Assembly: GCF_001194135.2 (NCBI RefSeq)
Contig: NC_068985.1
Span: 801,046-865,045 of the forward strand
DNA length: 64,000 nucleotides
Direction of reading: 5' to 3'
From: Octopus bimaculoides
Lineage: Eukaryota
Shown: piece after piece, positions 1 through 11,299 of the stretch
Layout of the letters: every line of letters begins with the position of its first letter
How positions within the stretch are numbered: position 1 is the stretch's first letter
Notes under the pieces: generated by a model
Told to the model about the DNA's origin: nothing
Databases searched by the model: none
The model's input: the letters and a program-made list of their open reading frames with translations, nothing else
Program-made: the position numbers and the translations under genes

Positions 1-1861
1 TAAAGGTTGACTCTTTGGAAAATTTCACTTGTTTTTCTAGTATTCTTCAAAATAGAAAAGTAATTTGTGTCTTGCCATATCTTTCTAACATATTAGGGGA
101 TTCTAACAATAAACAATACATTTGAAGATCATGCCAGGTAGACTAGCATTAGAAAATGTATCTCCATGTTTAAAACCTATCATCATATTGATGTCATTGA
201 ACACAGTTAACAAACAGCAATGTTAAAGAATGTTATCAATTGTTTACTTCTCTGATTAATAGGAGACATGTGTGCAAACACTAAAGCCAGTACAAAAAAT
301 AAGCACTGTTGCCAGGAATTTTCTGTTCCAAAATTAGAAGTCCTACAGGATGTTCCAAAATCACTGATATTGCTCTGATTTTCTTCAGAAATGAAAACCT
401 TACAACCAAACTTGAACAACTTTTAATACCAATGTATTTGGGATAATTTGATTATTCACTTTTGTGTAACCATTCAAATTCAACCATTGGTGTAAATCAT
501 GATATGTCTTGTTCAAAGATCAGTTTTCCACTTTGGATACAGAAAATAATTCATCTTCCACCCCTTCAACAACAAACCCTCCACAAAACTCAGGTAAGAT
601 CTACAGTGAAGCACCACTCCTATATCTAAAATAGCTGTCATTGCTTCATTCACAAACAACCAAGATTGTATCCAAAAAGGGGTCAGTCAACCGATTAGGA
701 AAACAATAACTCAGCAACAACCATTTCAACTTTTAGATTATGTCTCTTCTTTCTGTGACGAGAGATCTCTGCATCTGGGAACTGCTTGGTCTCATGCCTC
801 TTCTACTTTGGTATCCCACTTTTTTGTCTCACCCCATCCCCTGTTGTATTTTAGATTCATAATACTCTTACCTTATATTATGGTACTTTCCTCAATTTTT
901 CCTCTCAAGACTGTCAGCCTTTTGAAATTCCCTCTTTGCACATATTTTTCCTGCACCTGTTTGAAAAGGAATGCCAATGTTAAAGGTCTTGGAGGATAAG
1001 TAAAGGCCATGGACACAGGACATTCTTTCATATCAAGTTGATAAAATAACAAAAATCGTTTGAAGCCATTTTGTAGACAAGGCACATAGTTTTTCACATT
1101 TACATAAATATTTAAGAATGAATCAGTTAGGAATATCTTAAATAATGGTTTTTGGTTTATACTTAACAAGAAAATTATGAGATCCAGCGGAGCAAAGTTG
1201 CTTAGAATGAGAAAGTATACAAAAGAGGAATGCTGCCCATAATTTCAAGACATCTTAAGATTAGTGGTTAATACTACTTAAGCAAGAGTAGATTGGTAAT
1301 CANNNNNNNNNNATAATTTCAAGACATCTTAAGATTAGTGGTTAATACTACTTAAGCAAGAGTAGATTGGTAATCAGCCGAGTTCTTAACTGCCAGTCAA
1401 AAGATGCTGTAAGAGTAGAAGGAAGCTATATAGTCTAAATATTCCTAAGTGGATAAAGAAATGGAAACATAGGCAAGAAATCAAGAAAAATCATCAAAAG
1501 TTTCCTAAATAATTTCATTGGAATCATCGAAGAAAAGAATTTGAACTTTTCTTTTACTTTTTCAATGAATTTTTTCGCTAATCTAACTCTTACTTTTGCT
1601 GTAGCTGCACTCCTCACTGATGTAAACCAATGTAACAGTTGCCAGTATTGCAGTGTGGTCATCATCCAGAAACAGATACCCCTCCCACATGGCATGTGAG
1701 GCAGAGTCTATAATGCTTAAACGTTGATACACTTCATACCATTTTTTGGTAATAACTAGCACCACAAGATAGAAGGACCTAGAATTGAACCACCGACTAA
1801 TATTGGTTTCAAATTTTGGTTCAACGTCAGCCAATTCAGGGAAATGTGTATCGACATCAAA

Positions 1862-2000
1862 TGGTATTTGTTTTATGAACCCTGGAAGGACTAAAGGCAA
1901 AGTTGACCTTCGTAGAATTTGAACTTGAACGTAAGGATCGACAAAATGCCATCAAACATTTTTCCCATCATGCTAATGATTCTGCCAGCTCACTGCCTTA
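1862..2000 (-). mobile_element. tRNA-derived SINE family B, partial
   Basis: Reverse complement matches the family B copy at 32676-32877 (GAGTTCAAATTC B-box, GGTCGACTTTGCCTTTCATCC body, GGCAGTGAGCTGGCAGAATC head). Confidence 0.75.
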
Positions 2001-2189
2001 ATTTGTCTACTAATATCAAGTGTGTACAAGGAATGGTGCAAGACTTGATGGTCTACAAAGAATGAACAAATTTGTTTTGCCCTAATTTTGCTGCAGTTTC
2101 AGCAGCTGCAAAGAAAGTAAAACTGCCAAGAAAAGATATTAGGAAAAGAGATGCAATCGAAATTGATAGATAATCAGTGTGACACAGAG

Positions 2190-2692
2190 ATTGGTATTTC
2201 AATTAGGTATTGGTGCCAACTTCAATAGAACACAGAAATTGATGTCTTCTTCTCTGCACAGTTTGTAGTAAATGTCCATTAGCTGATAAGTTCTTCAAGC
2301 CTGATTCCTAAGGTGTCTCCAAAATTAGATTCTTTGCAAAATGTCTTTTGCTCTTTCAAGGATGCTTCTCAGCATTAGCTTTGTCTTTTGGTAAAAAAGA
2401 TTTCAAAAATGTATATTGGTAACAAAGAGTGGCAATTCAAATTGCAAATGAGATAGGAATGAATGAGATCAAAAGAGGAGTACGACAGGGTGGTAGTGTG
2501 GGTGGGGGGTTACCACCTGTCTTCATTTTGGAGTAAAATAATTATGTGATCTATTGAGGAGAACACATCAACAGTATCTGTTAGGCAGAATGACACAGGA
2601 CTCATAGTAACAGAGAAAGAGCAAGTAAATTTAATACTGTTAATGAGAAGGTTGAAAGGAGGTGAGTAGGGGATAAAGAAAAGAAGTGTGCA

Positions 2693-2747
<55 letters not shown>

Positions 2748-3370
2748 GAGAGGGCAGAGGAGAGAGAGGGCAGGGGAGAGAGAGAGTGTGTCTATTTGAA
2801 AGAGAGTACCACAAATTTGCTACATAAGAACAGAACAATTCTGAAATAGGTTGATAGCTTTAGAAACCAAAATTATATTTGATGGGAAAACATGAAAGAA
2901 ACGAAGGCATGAACTGAAGAATGTGAAGCTAGTTTCCATGGGATTGAACATATCTTGCCAAAAAATTGCTTTCAATATAAGAAATGGAGTCTGAGAGAAA
3001 TACACAGAACTCGTTGTTGCATATCTGTGTATGACCTGGAACATGAACAAACCAGAAAAAATGTTTTTCAATGCTGCAAAGATGTGGTTTCTTTAAGAAA
3101 TGGTGAAGGTGTCCTTCAAAGAGTCACAAAGACTGAAATACATAGGAGAGCAAAGAATACTTTTGAAAACTTTTGGACAACATAAAGAAATGAAAGATTA
3201 AGTTTAGTGGACATCATAGGAAAGGTCAACTGGAAAAACCGAAAGGAAGAACAAATCAGGAAAGATAGAAGAGAAAATGAGTGATGCTGGACTTATAAAC
3301 TGATTACAGAAAAACTGGCCTAATGATATATGTGGGACAGAGGTGTTGTTGAGGGTGTCGAGGGTCACCT
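2190..3370 (+). pseudogene. Decayed RTE-clade LINE, RT to C-terminus, interrupted by a TG/AG microsatellite (~2660-2800)
   Basis: Broken-frame translations: DFKNVYW*QRVAIQ, NEIKRGVRQG (2468-2491, RT GVRQG motif), AYLCMTWNM (YGxETW-like) and RVTKTEIHRRA (RVTNEEVLRR-like). Confidence 0.65.
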
Positions 3371-3759
3371 CAGCACCTATAAGCATGATACATAAAAGAA
3401 GATATAATATTTATATGGATGTATATATATGTGTGTGTGTGTGTGTACCCATGCTAGTATATATATATATATATATTAGACACAACAAAATATGCATGCA
3501 TACATATATATGTATGCNNNNNNNNNNNNNNNNNNNNNNNNACCTGTGTAGTAGAAATACAGACCTATCAAATTCAGTTATTTCTCTGTGGATTGCAAAT
3601 TGATAAAATGACCTTTATCGATTTTGGTCCCTTGTTGGGTTCTCACCAGGGGTGTTGTCTCTGTCCCTTGATGTATCCTAGAGAAGCAAGGAGTTGATCT
3701 ATTTATATGCACAACAAATCTTGTACAGATACGAGGAAGGGAAAGAGTGAGCAAGAAAG

Positions 3760-3879
3760 TGAGAGAGGGAGAGGGAGAGAGAGAGAAGGAGAGAGAGAGA
3801 GAGACTTACAGAGGCAGTTAGTAAAGGAAAGCAGAGAGAAAGAAAAATATTGATATATTGATAAGCAGGTAGATAAAAG

Positions 3880-3910
<31 letters not shown>

Positions 3911-3945
3911 GGATAGATAGGCAGAGAGATAGAAAGCAGGAGTGA
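3760..3945. repeat. (GA)n/(ATAG)n microsatellite complex
   Basis: Direct reading; source of the SL/SIYL ORFs 3699-4011. Confidence 0.9.
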
Positions 3946-4249
3946 GAATAGCAAGGAAGAAGGAGCATAAATAGGAGAAAGGAAAATGGTGGCAAGTAAG
4001 AGAGAAAGCAATTCTTTATCCTTTTAATCCTAAGAATATTAATACAGAAGTTTTATTTCTTAAATAACAGCAGGATTTCCTGTTCGTTTCCGTTCTTTCT
4101 TGACTGTTCTTGTGAAGAATATGAAGAAATCTGAGATTGTTGTGTCTTAGGAGGATTTAAATCCTCTCCATGAATACATAATGATTTTCTATTTTGCTCA
4201 AGGTAAGAAATTTATAGTTTTCTACTAATAGAGAAATAAATCTGACAGA

Positions 4250-4250
4250 A

Positions 4251-4281
<31 letters not shown>

Positions 4282-4945
4282 CAACAACAATATTAAGGTT
4301 AAGAACGAGCTGACAACAAAGGCAACAATAGTAACATTAATGACAAGAAGAAGAACAAAAGGAGAAATATTAACAGTGACTTACAGAAACAACAACAACA
4401 ACAATAACTGCATAAAATACAGGAAGACGAATGACAATAGGTAGTGACATGACATCTATGAGGAACAGCAATAAGTTAAGAAGAACAATAACAGTGCCAT
4501 CACCACCTGTAGCAGCAACAAGAAGGGAAACAGGAGCCAAGCAAGGCAGATGGCAGGCAGTGAAACAAGCTGCTAGAAATAGAAACCAAATACCCTCAAA
4601 TTACACTTTACTATCTTGATAAGTAAGGAAACGACAAACTGAAGAATGTTGACATACCCTAAAAAGAAGGGAATGTCATGGATGGAATACCTTTGGTAAT
4701 AGGCTTGATCAGTCAAATATGACCCGTGGGCCAAACAACAAGCGTAACAACAACAGGACCAAGAACAACAATAATAACAGTAGGAACAATAATAATAATA
4801 ATGATAGCAACAACAACAACAGCAGCAACAGTGTCAAATCAAAATTAATAGCAGAAAATGCAACAATTCAATAATAAACAACAACAACAACAAGAGGAAT
4901 GTGAAGTGTAATGATTAAACAACGACAACAACAAGAATAGAAAGG
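4250..4945. repeat. (CAG)n/(CAA)n/(AAT)n degenerate trinucleotide low-complexity tract
   Basis: Direct reading. Confidence 0.8.
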
Positions 4946-5617
4946 AAAGTAAGAAAGAGAAGAAGAAGAAGCCTCCCTATTATTTTGCATGAATGCCTGT
5001 CCTGAAGCGAACATGTAAGTTCAGCTTGGTTTTATTATTCCTCTCCAGCATCCAACAATAGCAACAACGTCAAGCAATAACAACAATATTTACGACTTCA
5101 TCGTACTTTGTTTAGAAGCAAAAACAAACCAAAATAACAAACATTGAAACACACAAACAAAACGAAATACGAAAGAAAAGTAAATAGAGTCGAGAGTAAT
5201 CTAGCAGACATTGAAAAGAAACCTTTGCTTGGAATGGAATTGGTAAGAGTCTGTTTAATAGTTTATTGGTGTTAGTGAACACTTAAAAGTTGTTGAATAA
5301 TTGGTTTTCATTTAAGCTGAGTAAAGTACATAAAGAAGAACAAATTGTAGATATAATATTCAGTCGAGTTTTGCAGACATTGGAAATCATGATTGGCTAG
5401 GGTGACAGTACACTGGCAGCCGGATGAATGGACCAATGGTTCGTTCCGTATCAGAGGCTGGCTATTGTGTTCTTGAAGGAGGAATAGATAAATTAATGGA
5501 ATGGTGTTCACAAGGATGTAGCCATCAGGTAGAAAATCAAGAAGTTAAAAACCTTCTCCAAGACAGCAAGAATTCAGAATCACCTCTGGTTTCCATAGCA
5601 ATGAATTACTGATTTTT

Positions 5618-5747
5618 GCCTTTTATCTTTTGCTTGTTATAGTCATTAGGCTGTGGCCATGCTGGGGCAGGACCTTGGAAACTTTTTGGTCAAATGAATT
5701 GACCCCTGTACTAATATAAATTTTTAAGTCTGTTACTTATTCTATCA
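5618..5747 (-). mobile_element. SINE family A, 3' part only
   Basis: CAGTCATTAGGCTGTGGCCATGCTGGGGC...GACCCC...ACTTATTCTATC matches the family A 3' half at 30368-30540 and 34321-34500. Confidence 0.75.
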
Positions 5748-5748
5748 A

Positions 5749-6273
5749 GGAGGAGCAATTTGGAGCAATGGTCGATCAGAGCTGGTGGAGTGTGAGAGAA
5801 ACATAAACTCAGATAAATACATTCCCATATTGCAGAAAGGACTCCTTCCAATCTTCTCCACTGGTGAAATGGTTAAAGAAGTTTTTTTTTCTGGAAGATG
5901 GGGCTCCTTGTCCCACGACAAAAAAAAGAAAAGCCAAGATTGGTTGGGCATTAAAAAGCTTCTATGCCCAAGCCAGTCACCAGATATGAACGCTATTGAA
6001 CAGCTCTGGGGAATAATGGACAAGACACTTCATATAAAGAACAAGAAAGCATCCTCAAAGCCAGATCTTTTGAGATTACGGCATGAAACTTGGCAAGAAA
6101 TTAATCAAAGGAATATTCATCATCTGATCAGTAGCATGCCTAATAGGGTCCTTGCACTGAAAAATGCAAAGGGCTCGTCTACTAAGTATTAGATATTCAC
6201 ATTAGAATAATTAATAAATAATTTAAATGAGTAGTTTCAGATTTAAATAAACTTCAACAACCTCTTACCTGTA
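5749..6273 (+). pseudogene. Tc1-like DDE transposase, C-terminal half, with probable right end
   Basis: ORF 5785-6192 carries [25 protein letters not shown] (PxQSPDLNPIExLW motif) and [20 protein letters not shown] (canonical Tc1 terminus). A ...CCTG-TA end near 6273 fits a TIR end plus TA target. Confidence 0.85.
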
Positions 6274-6572
6274 CACATAAAAATACAAATCCTAAACAGT
6301 ACCATTCAGTCTGCTTGAATGAACCCATAAACAAACAAATAAACATCTATTGGTATATTTTTTGTTCTCTCTGAAGATATTATGCTCAGAAAAAATGAAC
6401 TTAATATTCAATTAATTCCCTGTGTATAATTGAAACAGCTGTAAGGGATAATGTTTGATTTGTTGTTGATAATAAACTCTTATTAACTTCACAATCACCA
6501 TTTGCTTCTTCTCTTATGTGTGTGTGTGTGTGTATGTGTGTGTATGTATACGTATATATATATATATATATG

Positions 6573-6725
6573 ATGGGCTTCTTTCAGTTTCCATTTACTC
6601 CAAATGCTTTGGTTTGCCCAAGGCTACAGTAGAAGACACTTATGCAAGGTATCATGCAGTGGGACTGAATCAGGAACCATGTGGTTGGGTAGCAAGCTTC
6701 TTACCACACAGCCAGGCCTGCACCT
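6573..6725 (-). mobile_element. tRNA-derived SINE family A, 5' head
   Basis: Reverse complement GGCTGTGTGGTAAGAAGCTTGCTACCCAACCACATGGTTCCTGATTCAGTCCC has A/B-box-like motifs, then TGGGCAAACCAAAGC...GGAAACTGAAAGAAGCCC as in 24213-24370, 26731-26892 and 34585-34742. Confidence 0.85.
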
Positions 6726-7269
6726 ATGATATACACATCTTCTCATTAGTAGGATGAGAATCATATACTCTTCTGTTGATAATAGATTAATCCCATACAT
6801 TAAATGCAGAGAACTGTAAGCATTCATGCAATTCAGCTGTCAGCCTCACTCCTTCCCATCATTGCTGATGTGGAATCACTTTTTCTATCTTTTTAAGTTG
6901 TCTTAAGTTCACCAGATGGATACATATCTTCAGCTTTGCTGGCATTTAGTAGATGAGAGACAAGTTTCCAACTGAATGGAATTTTGATTTACTGTAGGTA
7001 AATTTTTAATCACATGAAATTAATTCAGCATTACAAGCCAGTGAAACACACAGCAATTTTATAGTGTCACCATCACTTCCTATCCTGCATTTCCTATTTG
7101 CATCAAAGTTAACAGGACCATGGACATTGTGTAACATTTGCCATTGCCTGGCCAACTGTAGTATCACATGGCTAAAAATATCTAGCTGCAGTGTTGAGTA
7201 GCTTAAGACAGTGACTGAACAGGTACTGTTGATTTCTGTAAATGATAGGCACAATGTATTTACCTGATG

Positions 7270-7960
7270 AGTTCTTTGTTAACAATCCTTAGCTTAAACC
7301 ATCATTGTATCATTAACCAATTTGACACCCACTTTCCCCTCAACAACACTTCTAAGATTTTCCCCTGGTCAATCAAGTCAGCTCTTGTGAAATCAATATT
7401 AAAATATCAATATTTAATTTTGAATCACTGCCAAAATTTTATGGTTAAAACTTGAAGAACCTTCCCCCTCACAAATTTATGGAATAGCCTTTTTTTTAAA
7501 TTGCATTCCAACCAATTAATATACCAGCAATAAAAAAAAAGGTCATTGTTATTTTCCTAAACCAATGCCAACTGTAATTTTAAATATCACTCGAAACACG
7601 TGACCATTGTAATGTTGTTAGAATATAGAAAATGAACAAAGTGAACATTTATCTTCTTGGATAATATTCTGGTTGACTGCAACTTCTTATTCCAGTGCCA
7701 TTTCTCAAAGAATTTTGGTATCTACCCATCTACCAATCAGTTTACTTCCACTAAGTATTCAGTCTGCCCTCATATTGTTTTCTGTTGCTTATTTGTTGAC
7801 TGATGGAATCAACTGTTAACTCAAGTGTTATTGGAATTCCAAATATGAATGAAATAGCAGTGAGTGGCTTTAATATTCTTACCTACAGACCACTGTCAGG
7901 TACCATTACGTAGTAAGATCGTTCACTGCTGTCAACATTAGCATCACTTCAAATGAATGT
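7270..7960 (+). pseudogene. Very decayed CR1/L2-like RT remnant
   Basis: KIFPWSIKSALVKSILK resembles the FPxxWKxAxVxPIxK RT motif; a WL*YSYL-like stretch follows. No long ORF. Confidence 0.3.
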
Positions 7961-8011
7961 TTCATTAGCTTGCAAAGCTGAGCTCAGTTCGTTTGGATTG
8001 ATTTAGGTTTT

Positions 8012-8184
8012 CCAGTTCTATGTTTAAGAGACGAGAAATTATGTACATTATTTATATTTGACAGATATTTGTCCTCATCTTGTTTGTTGTTAACACAACA
8101 TTTTGGCTGATATACCCTCCAGCCTTCATCAGGTGTCTTGGGGAAATTTCGAACCTGGGTTCTCATTCCTAAGGTATTTTTCAA

Positions 8185-8243
<59 letters not shown>

Positions 8244-8479
8244 TCACTGCCTGGAATTGAACGTGGAATCTTGGGGTTAGTAGCCTGCACTTTTAACCAC
8301 TATGCCATATGCTCACAGGCATATGGCAGTAACCTGAATAATAATAATAATAACATCGAAAAATACCTTAGGAATGAGAACCCAGGTTCGAAATTTCCCC
8401 AAGACTGGAGGGTATATCAGCCGAAATGTTGTGTTAACAACAAACAAGATGGGGACAAATATCAGTGAAATATAAATAA
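8012..8479. mobile_element. Foldback (head-to-head) retroelement: tRNA-like head + (AAT)n + hammerhead-like Penelope-type tail; copy 1
   Basis: Minus-strand unit at ~8012-8312 (tRNA-like head 8241-8312, hammerhead motif 8092-8137). Plus-strand unit at 8318-8479 has the head internally deleted and a 13-bp deletion in the ribozyme core. Flanked by the direct repeat TGATTTAGGTTTT (7999-8011, 8480-8492). Confidence 0.85.
8092..8137 (-). ncRNA. Degenerate minimal type I hammerhead ribozyme motif
   Basis: Minus strand reads GACAC-CTGATGA-A-GGCTG-GAGGGTATAT-CAGCC-aAAAt-GTT-GTGTT: stem I GACAC/GTGTT, stem II GGCTG/CAGCC and an intact CUGAUGA. The GAAAC box is altered by two CpG-type transitions. Confidence 0.6.
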
Positions 8480-8686
8480 TGATTTAGGTTTTGTTAGATT
8501 TCTTAGCAACTTAGTCCCCAGTTCAGTTTTGTCACCAGAGAGAATAAATAAGATGATATAATTAAAACTGTCATCATTTAATGCTGCTGTAGAGAGAGCA
8601 GATCCTTGGGGAAATGATTTTCAGATGGAAAGATGTCAGAGCATTAGTGAAAGGATCTTTGATCTGCTGATAGAAAGAGCTCAATG

Positions 8687-8981
8687 CTGCTGGTTGAAGG
8701 ATCCCAGACCAGTCGGTGGAAATGTTCTAAGCTTTAGCATCAAGATTACGTATAACTGTGTTTTGTTGTATCAGAAAGGTTTCGAAGATGAACCCAGTGA
8801 CACTTCAGTGATATTCCAAGTAACTACTTCCACCGTAACATAAGGTTCCCTGTCTCCAGAGTGTTTCAAAGAAGTGTCACTGGGTTCAGCTGAGAAATCT
8901 TTCTGATACAACAAAACAGATTTATATGTGATCAGCTCAGAACATTTCCACCAACTGCTCCTGGGGTCCTTCAGCCAGCAG
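8687..8981. repeat. Imperfect inverted repeat (arms 8687-8806 and 8871-8981, 64-bp spacer); probable old MITE
   Basis: CTGCTGGTTGAAGGATCCCAG..GGTGGAAATGTTCT..TGTTTTGTTGTATCAGAAAG..TGAACCCAGTGACACTTC is mirrored by GAAGTGTCACTGGGTTCA..CTTTCTGATACAACAAAACA..AGAACATTTCCACC..CCTTCAGCCAGCAG. Confidence 0.85.
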
Positions 8982-9299
8982 GTTTTGCATTAATCAAACT
9001 GAATAAAATTAACAACAATGTAAAGAAAGTCAATGAGAGCTGCTTCCCAGCTTCAGTGAGTCTGTCTATTTAGAAAGTACATGTTAAAGGGTGCCAGAGA
9101 ATCCTAAGAATTTCTAATGAACTGAAATGGACAGGTTTTTCTTCCAACCTTTTCAGCGCCATTATTTAGTCATGGCACATTTTTACCTTTGTTTCAGACT
9201 GAAGATGTAATTGAAGCTTTTATCTTTTTCGTTTTTCTTTGTTTTTTTTGCAACAAAGCATGGAAGACTTATGTCTGGCAGAGCCCATCAACCTCTACA

Positions 9300-9920
9300 G
9301 TCTAATGATTTGAGTAAATGAAGTGAAATGATTCAACTTGAAATTCACTCTACATCACAAACATGGCTTCTCAAAAACTTACAGTTTCTGCACAGTACTT
9401 GTTCTTCTGCCAGTGTATTTTGCAGGAAAATAAACTACTTTTTCTATTACTGTTGAGTAATCAATGCCTTAGAAGAGATTTCAGTTTGAGAAGATGTCCT
9501 TCAAAGGTCTATGCTTATTCATCTATAACAAACACGAAGCTTATTTTGAATCCCACTCAACAGGATTGGAGTGTAATGGAGTTTGTTTTCATGATCATAT
9601 CTTTTTTGGTGAGCTTTCAGTCCATTACAAGGTTTGTTACTCAGACCTAAATATTGTAACTTAGTGAAATATTGATCGGTTACACAATAATCTGCTATTT
9701 GAATTTTTGGGGTACGAGTTATTAAGTGGATAATTGACATGAAAATGGTAAGATGCATGTGATGGGCCTAAAAGAAAAAGAGTTGTATGCAAGTTAATTT
9801 AAGATAAAGGAGAAATAAATGTTTTGGCTGTGATCCAGGTGTTGAAGGCATTAGGATAAATTTAAAGAAATAATTTCGTTTTGGGATTTGGTTTGCAAGA
9901 TTCTTTATGTGAGTTTGTGT
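9300..9920 (-). pseudogene. Very decayed CR1-like LINE 3' remnant
   Basis: Minus frames give NLANQIPKRNYFF..LFLLYLKL and YTPILLSGIQNKLRVCYR, loosely like the CR1 post-RT region. Weak. Confidence 0.25.
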
Positions 9921-9927
9921 GTTAAAG

Positions 9928-10148
9928 CATATTTTGTTGTGTCTGGGGAGAGTCATTCTGTTTTACTGCCTTATTATTTAACACACTCACTGGTAAAGTT
10001 TCCACTCATTTACTTATTTATTTTTCCTAAAATTTTCGTTGTGTCTTGCAACCTTTTCAATAGTCGTTGACTCTGTCTATCATCCTGGTGAGTGTGTTAA
10101 ATAATAAGACACTAAAAGAGAATGACTCTCCCCAGACACAACACAATG
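9928..10148. mobile_element. Palindromic MITE-like element with ~62-bp terminal inverted repeats
   Basis: TTGTTGTGTCTGGGGAGAGTCATTCTGTTTTACTGCCTTATTATTTAACACACTCAC (9934-9990) is inverted at 10088-10144. Confidence 0.8.
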
Positions 10149-10742
10149 AAATAATGTTACTACAAAAAACTCACACAAAAAGCAGAAACTTTGAAGTAAA
10201 AAAATAACATTGTACTAGGGGGGCCATTACAGACTAATCTCATAGGAAGAGGAATGATTTGGAATGAAGTTTGACATGCTGTCATGGTTTGGAAAAAGAA
10301 CAAGAACTTTATTAAATTCAGTCTAATTACCCTTTAAAAAGGCTAAGGAAATGAATAGAAATTAGTCACGAGTATTTTTACTGGTAGCATACCATCTTGA
10401 TAATTTAGTCTAGTGTTACTCTCCATGAGGTTGAAATGAATAGTGTAGAATGTTAGAATGGTTGTAATGTTATAAACACAGTAAAGAATTGGTTGGGTAA
10501 CCATAATCCTTTAAATCCAAGAAAATCATGGCACTGACCAAAATGATACTAAAAGCTGCTAGATAATTCAGCATCAAAGATTAAAGCTTTAATTAAAGAA
10601 AGAAAACAAAAAGAAGAAATCATGAAGAAATGGTAACGAAATATCAAAGTTTTAATTAGAAAATGTTTTCTTAAACAAAGTAAATAATCAAATATTGTGT
10701 AAAGCAAAAGAAAACTTTAAACAAAATAAAAATGCATTAAAT

Positions 10743-10744
<2 letters not shown>

Positions 10745-10789
<45 letters not shown>

Positions 10790-10830
10790 TCACATTGAAT
10801 ATGCACACATATATACATACATACATATAC

Positions 10831-10885
<55 letters not shown>

Positions 10886-10925
10886 TGCACACACACACCA
10901 CACACATATACATATATACATACAT
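10745..10925. repeat. (CA)n/(TA)n/(TACA)n compound microsatellite
   Basis: Direct reading. Confidence 0.95.
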
Positions 10926-11087
10926 TAAATACACATTAAATTCTCACTTCAAGGAATTGACATTTCAATATTGACATTTGACAAGTAAAACTGCCAAAAC
11001 ACAATATTCTTCAAAGAAAAAGAATAAAAAAAACATTCATTCCTTATTCCTTCTTTCTTGCCTTTGTCTTTTTGTTGCTTTCATTTT

Positions 11088-11124
<37 letters not shown>

Positions 11125-11299
11125 ACAAGAAATAATGTTGCTAAGATTTTTTTCCACAGAATCAGTGATCATTCAAGAAAATAACCGCTTGGTTAAACAG
11201 ATGGGAATTTACAAAATAAAAGACAAAAATCTGTTCCGTCCCATTTTTATGTCAAGTTGTTCAAAGTGTCTGGACTGACATTTGACTCAGACACAAAGG

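Noticed and set aside
1239-1376. Exact 64-bp direct repeat (1239-1302, 1313-1376)
   Set aside because: The copies abut a 10-N gap on both sides and are identical, typical of an unmerged contig overlap.
5334-5612. Frame with an in-frame TGA (IGNHDWLG*QYTG..) suggesting a selenoprotein or metallophosphoesterase GNHD motif
   Set aside because: No SECIS is recognisable and no other phosphoesterase motifs are present. SSFADI..GIDKLMEW equally resembles a decayed CR1 RT, so the evidence is insufficient.
8241-8312. tRNA-like sequence (also 23854-23925 and the SINE A/B/D heads) as real tRNA genes
   Set aside because: There is no paired acceptor stem or complete cloverleaf, and each is embedded in a repeated element; these are SINE-type heads.
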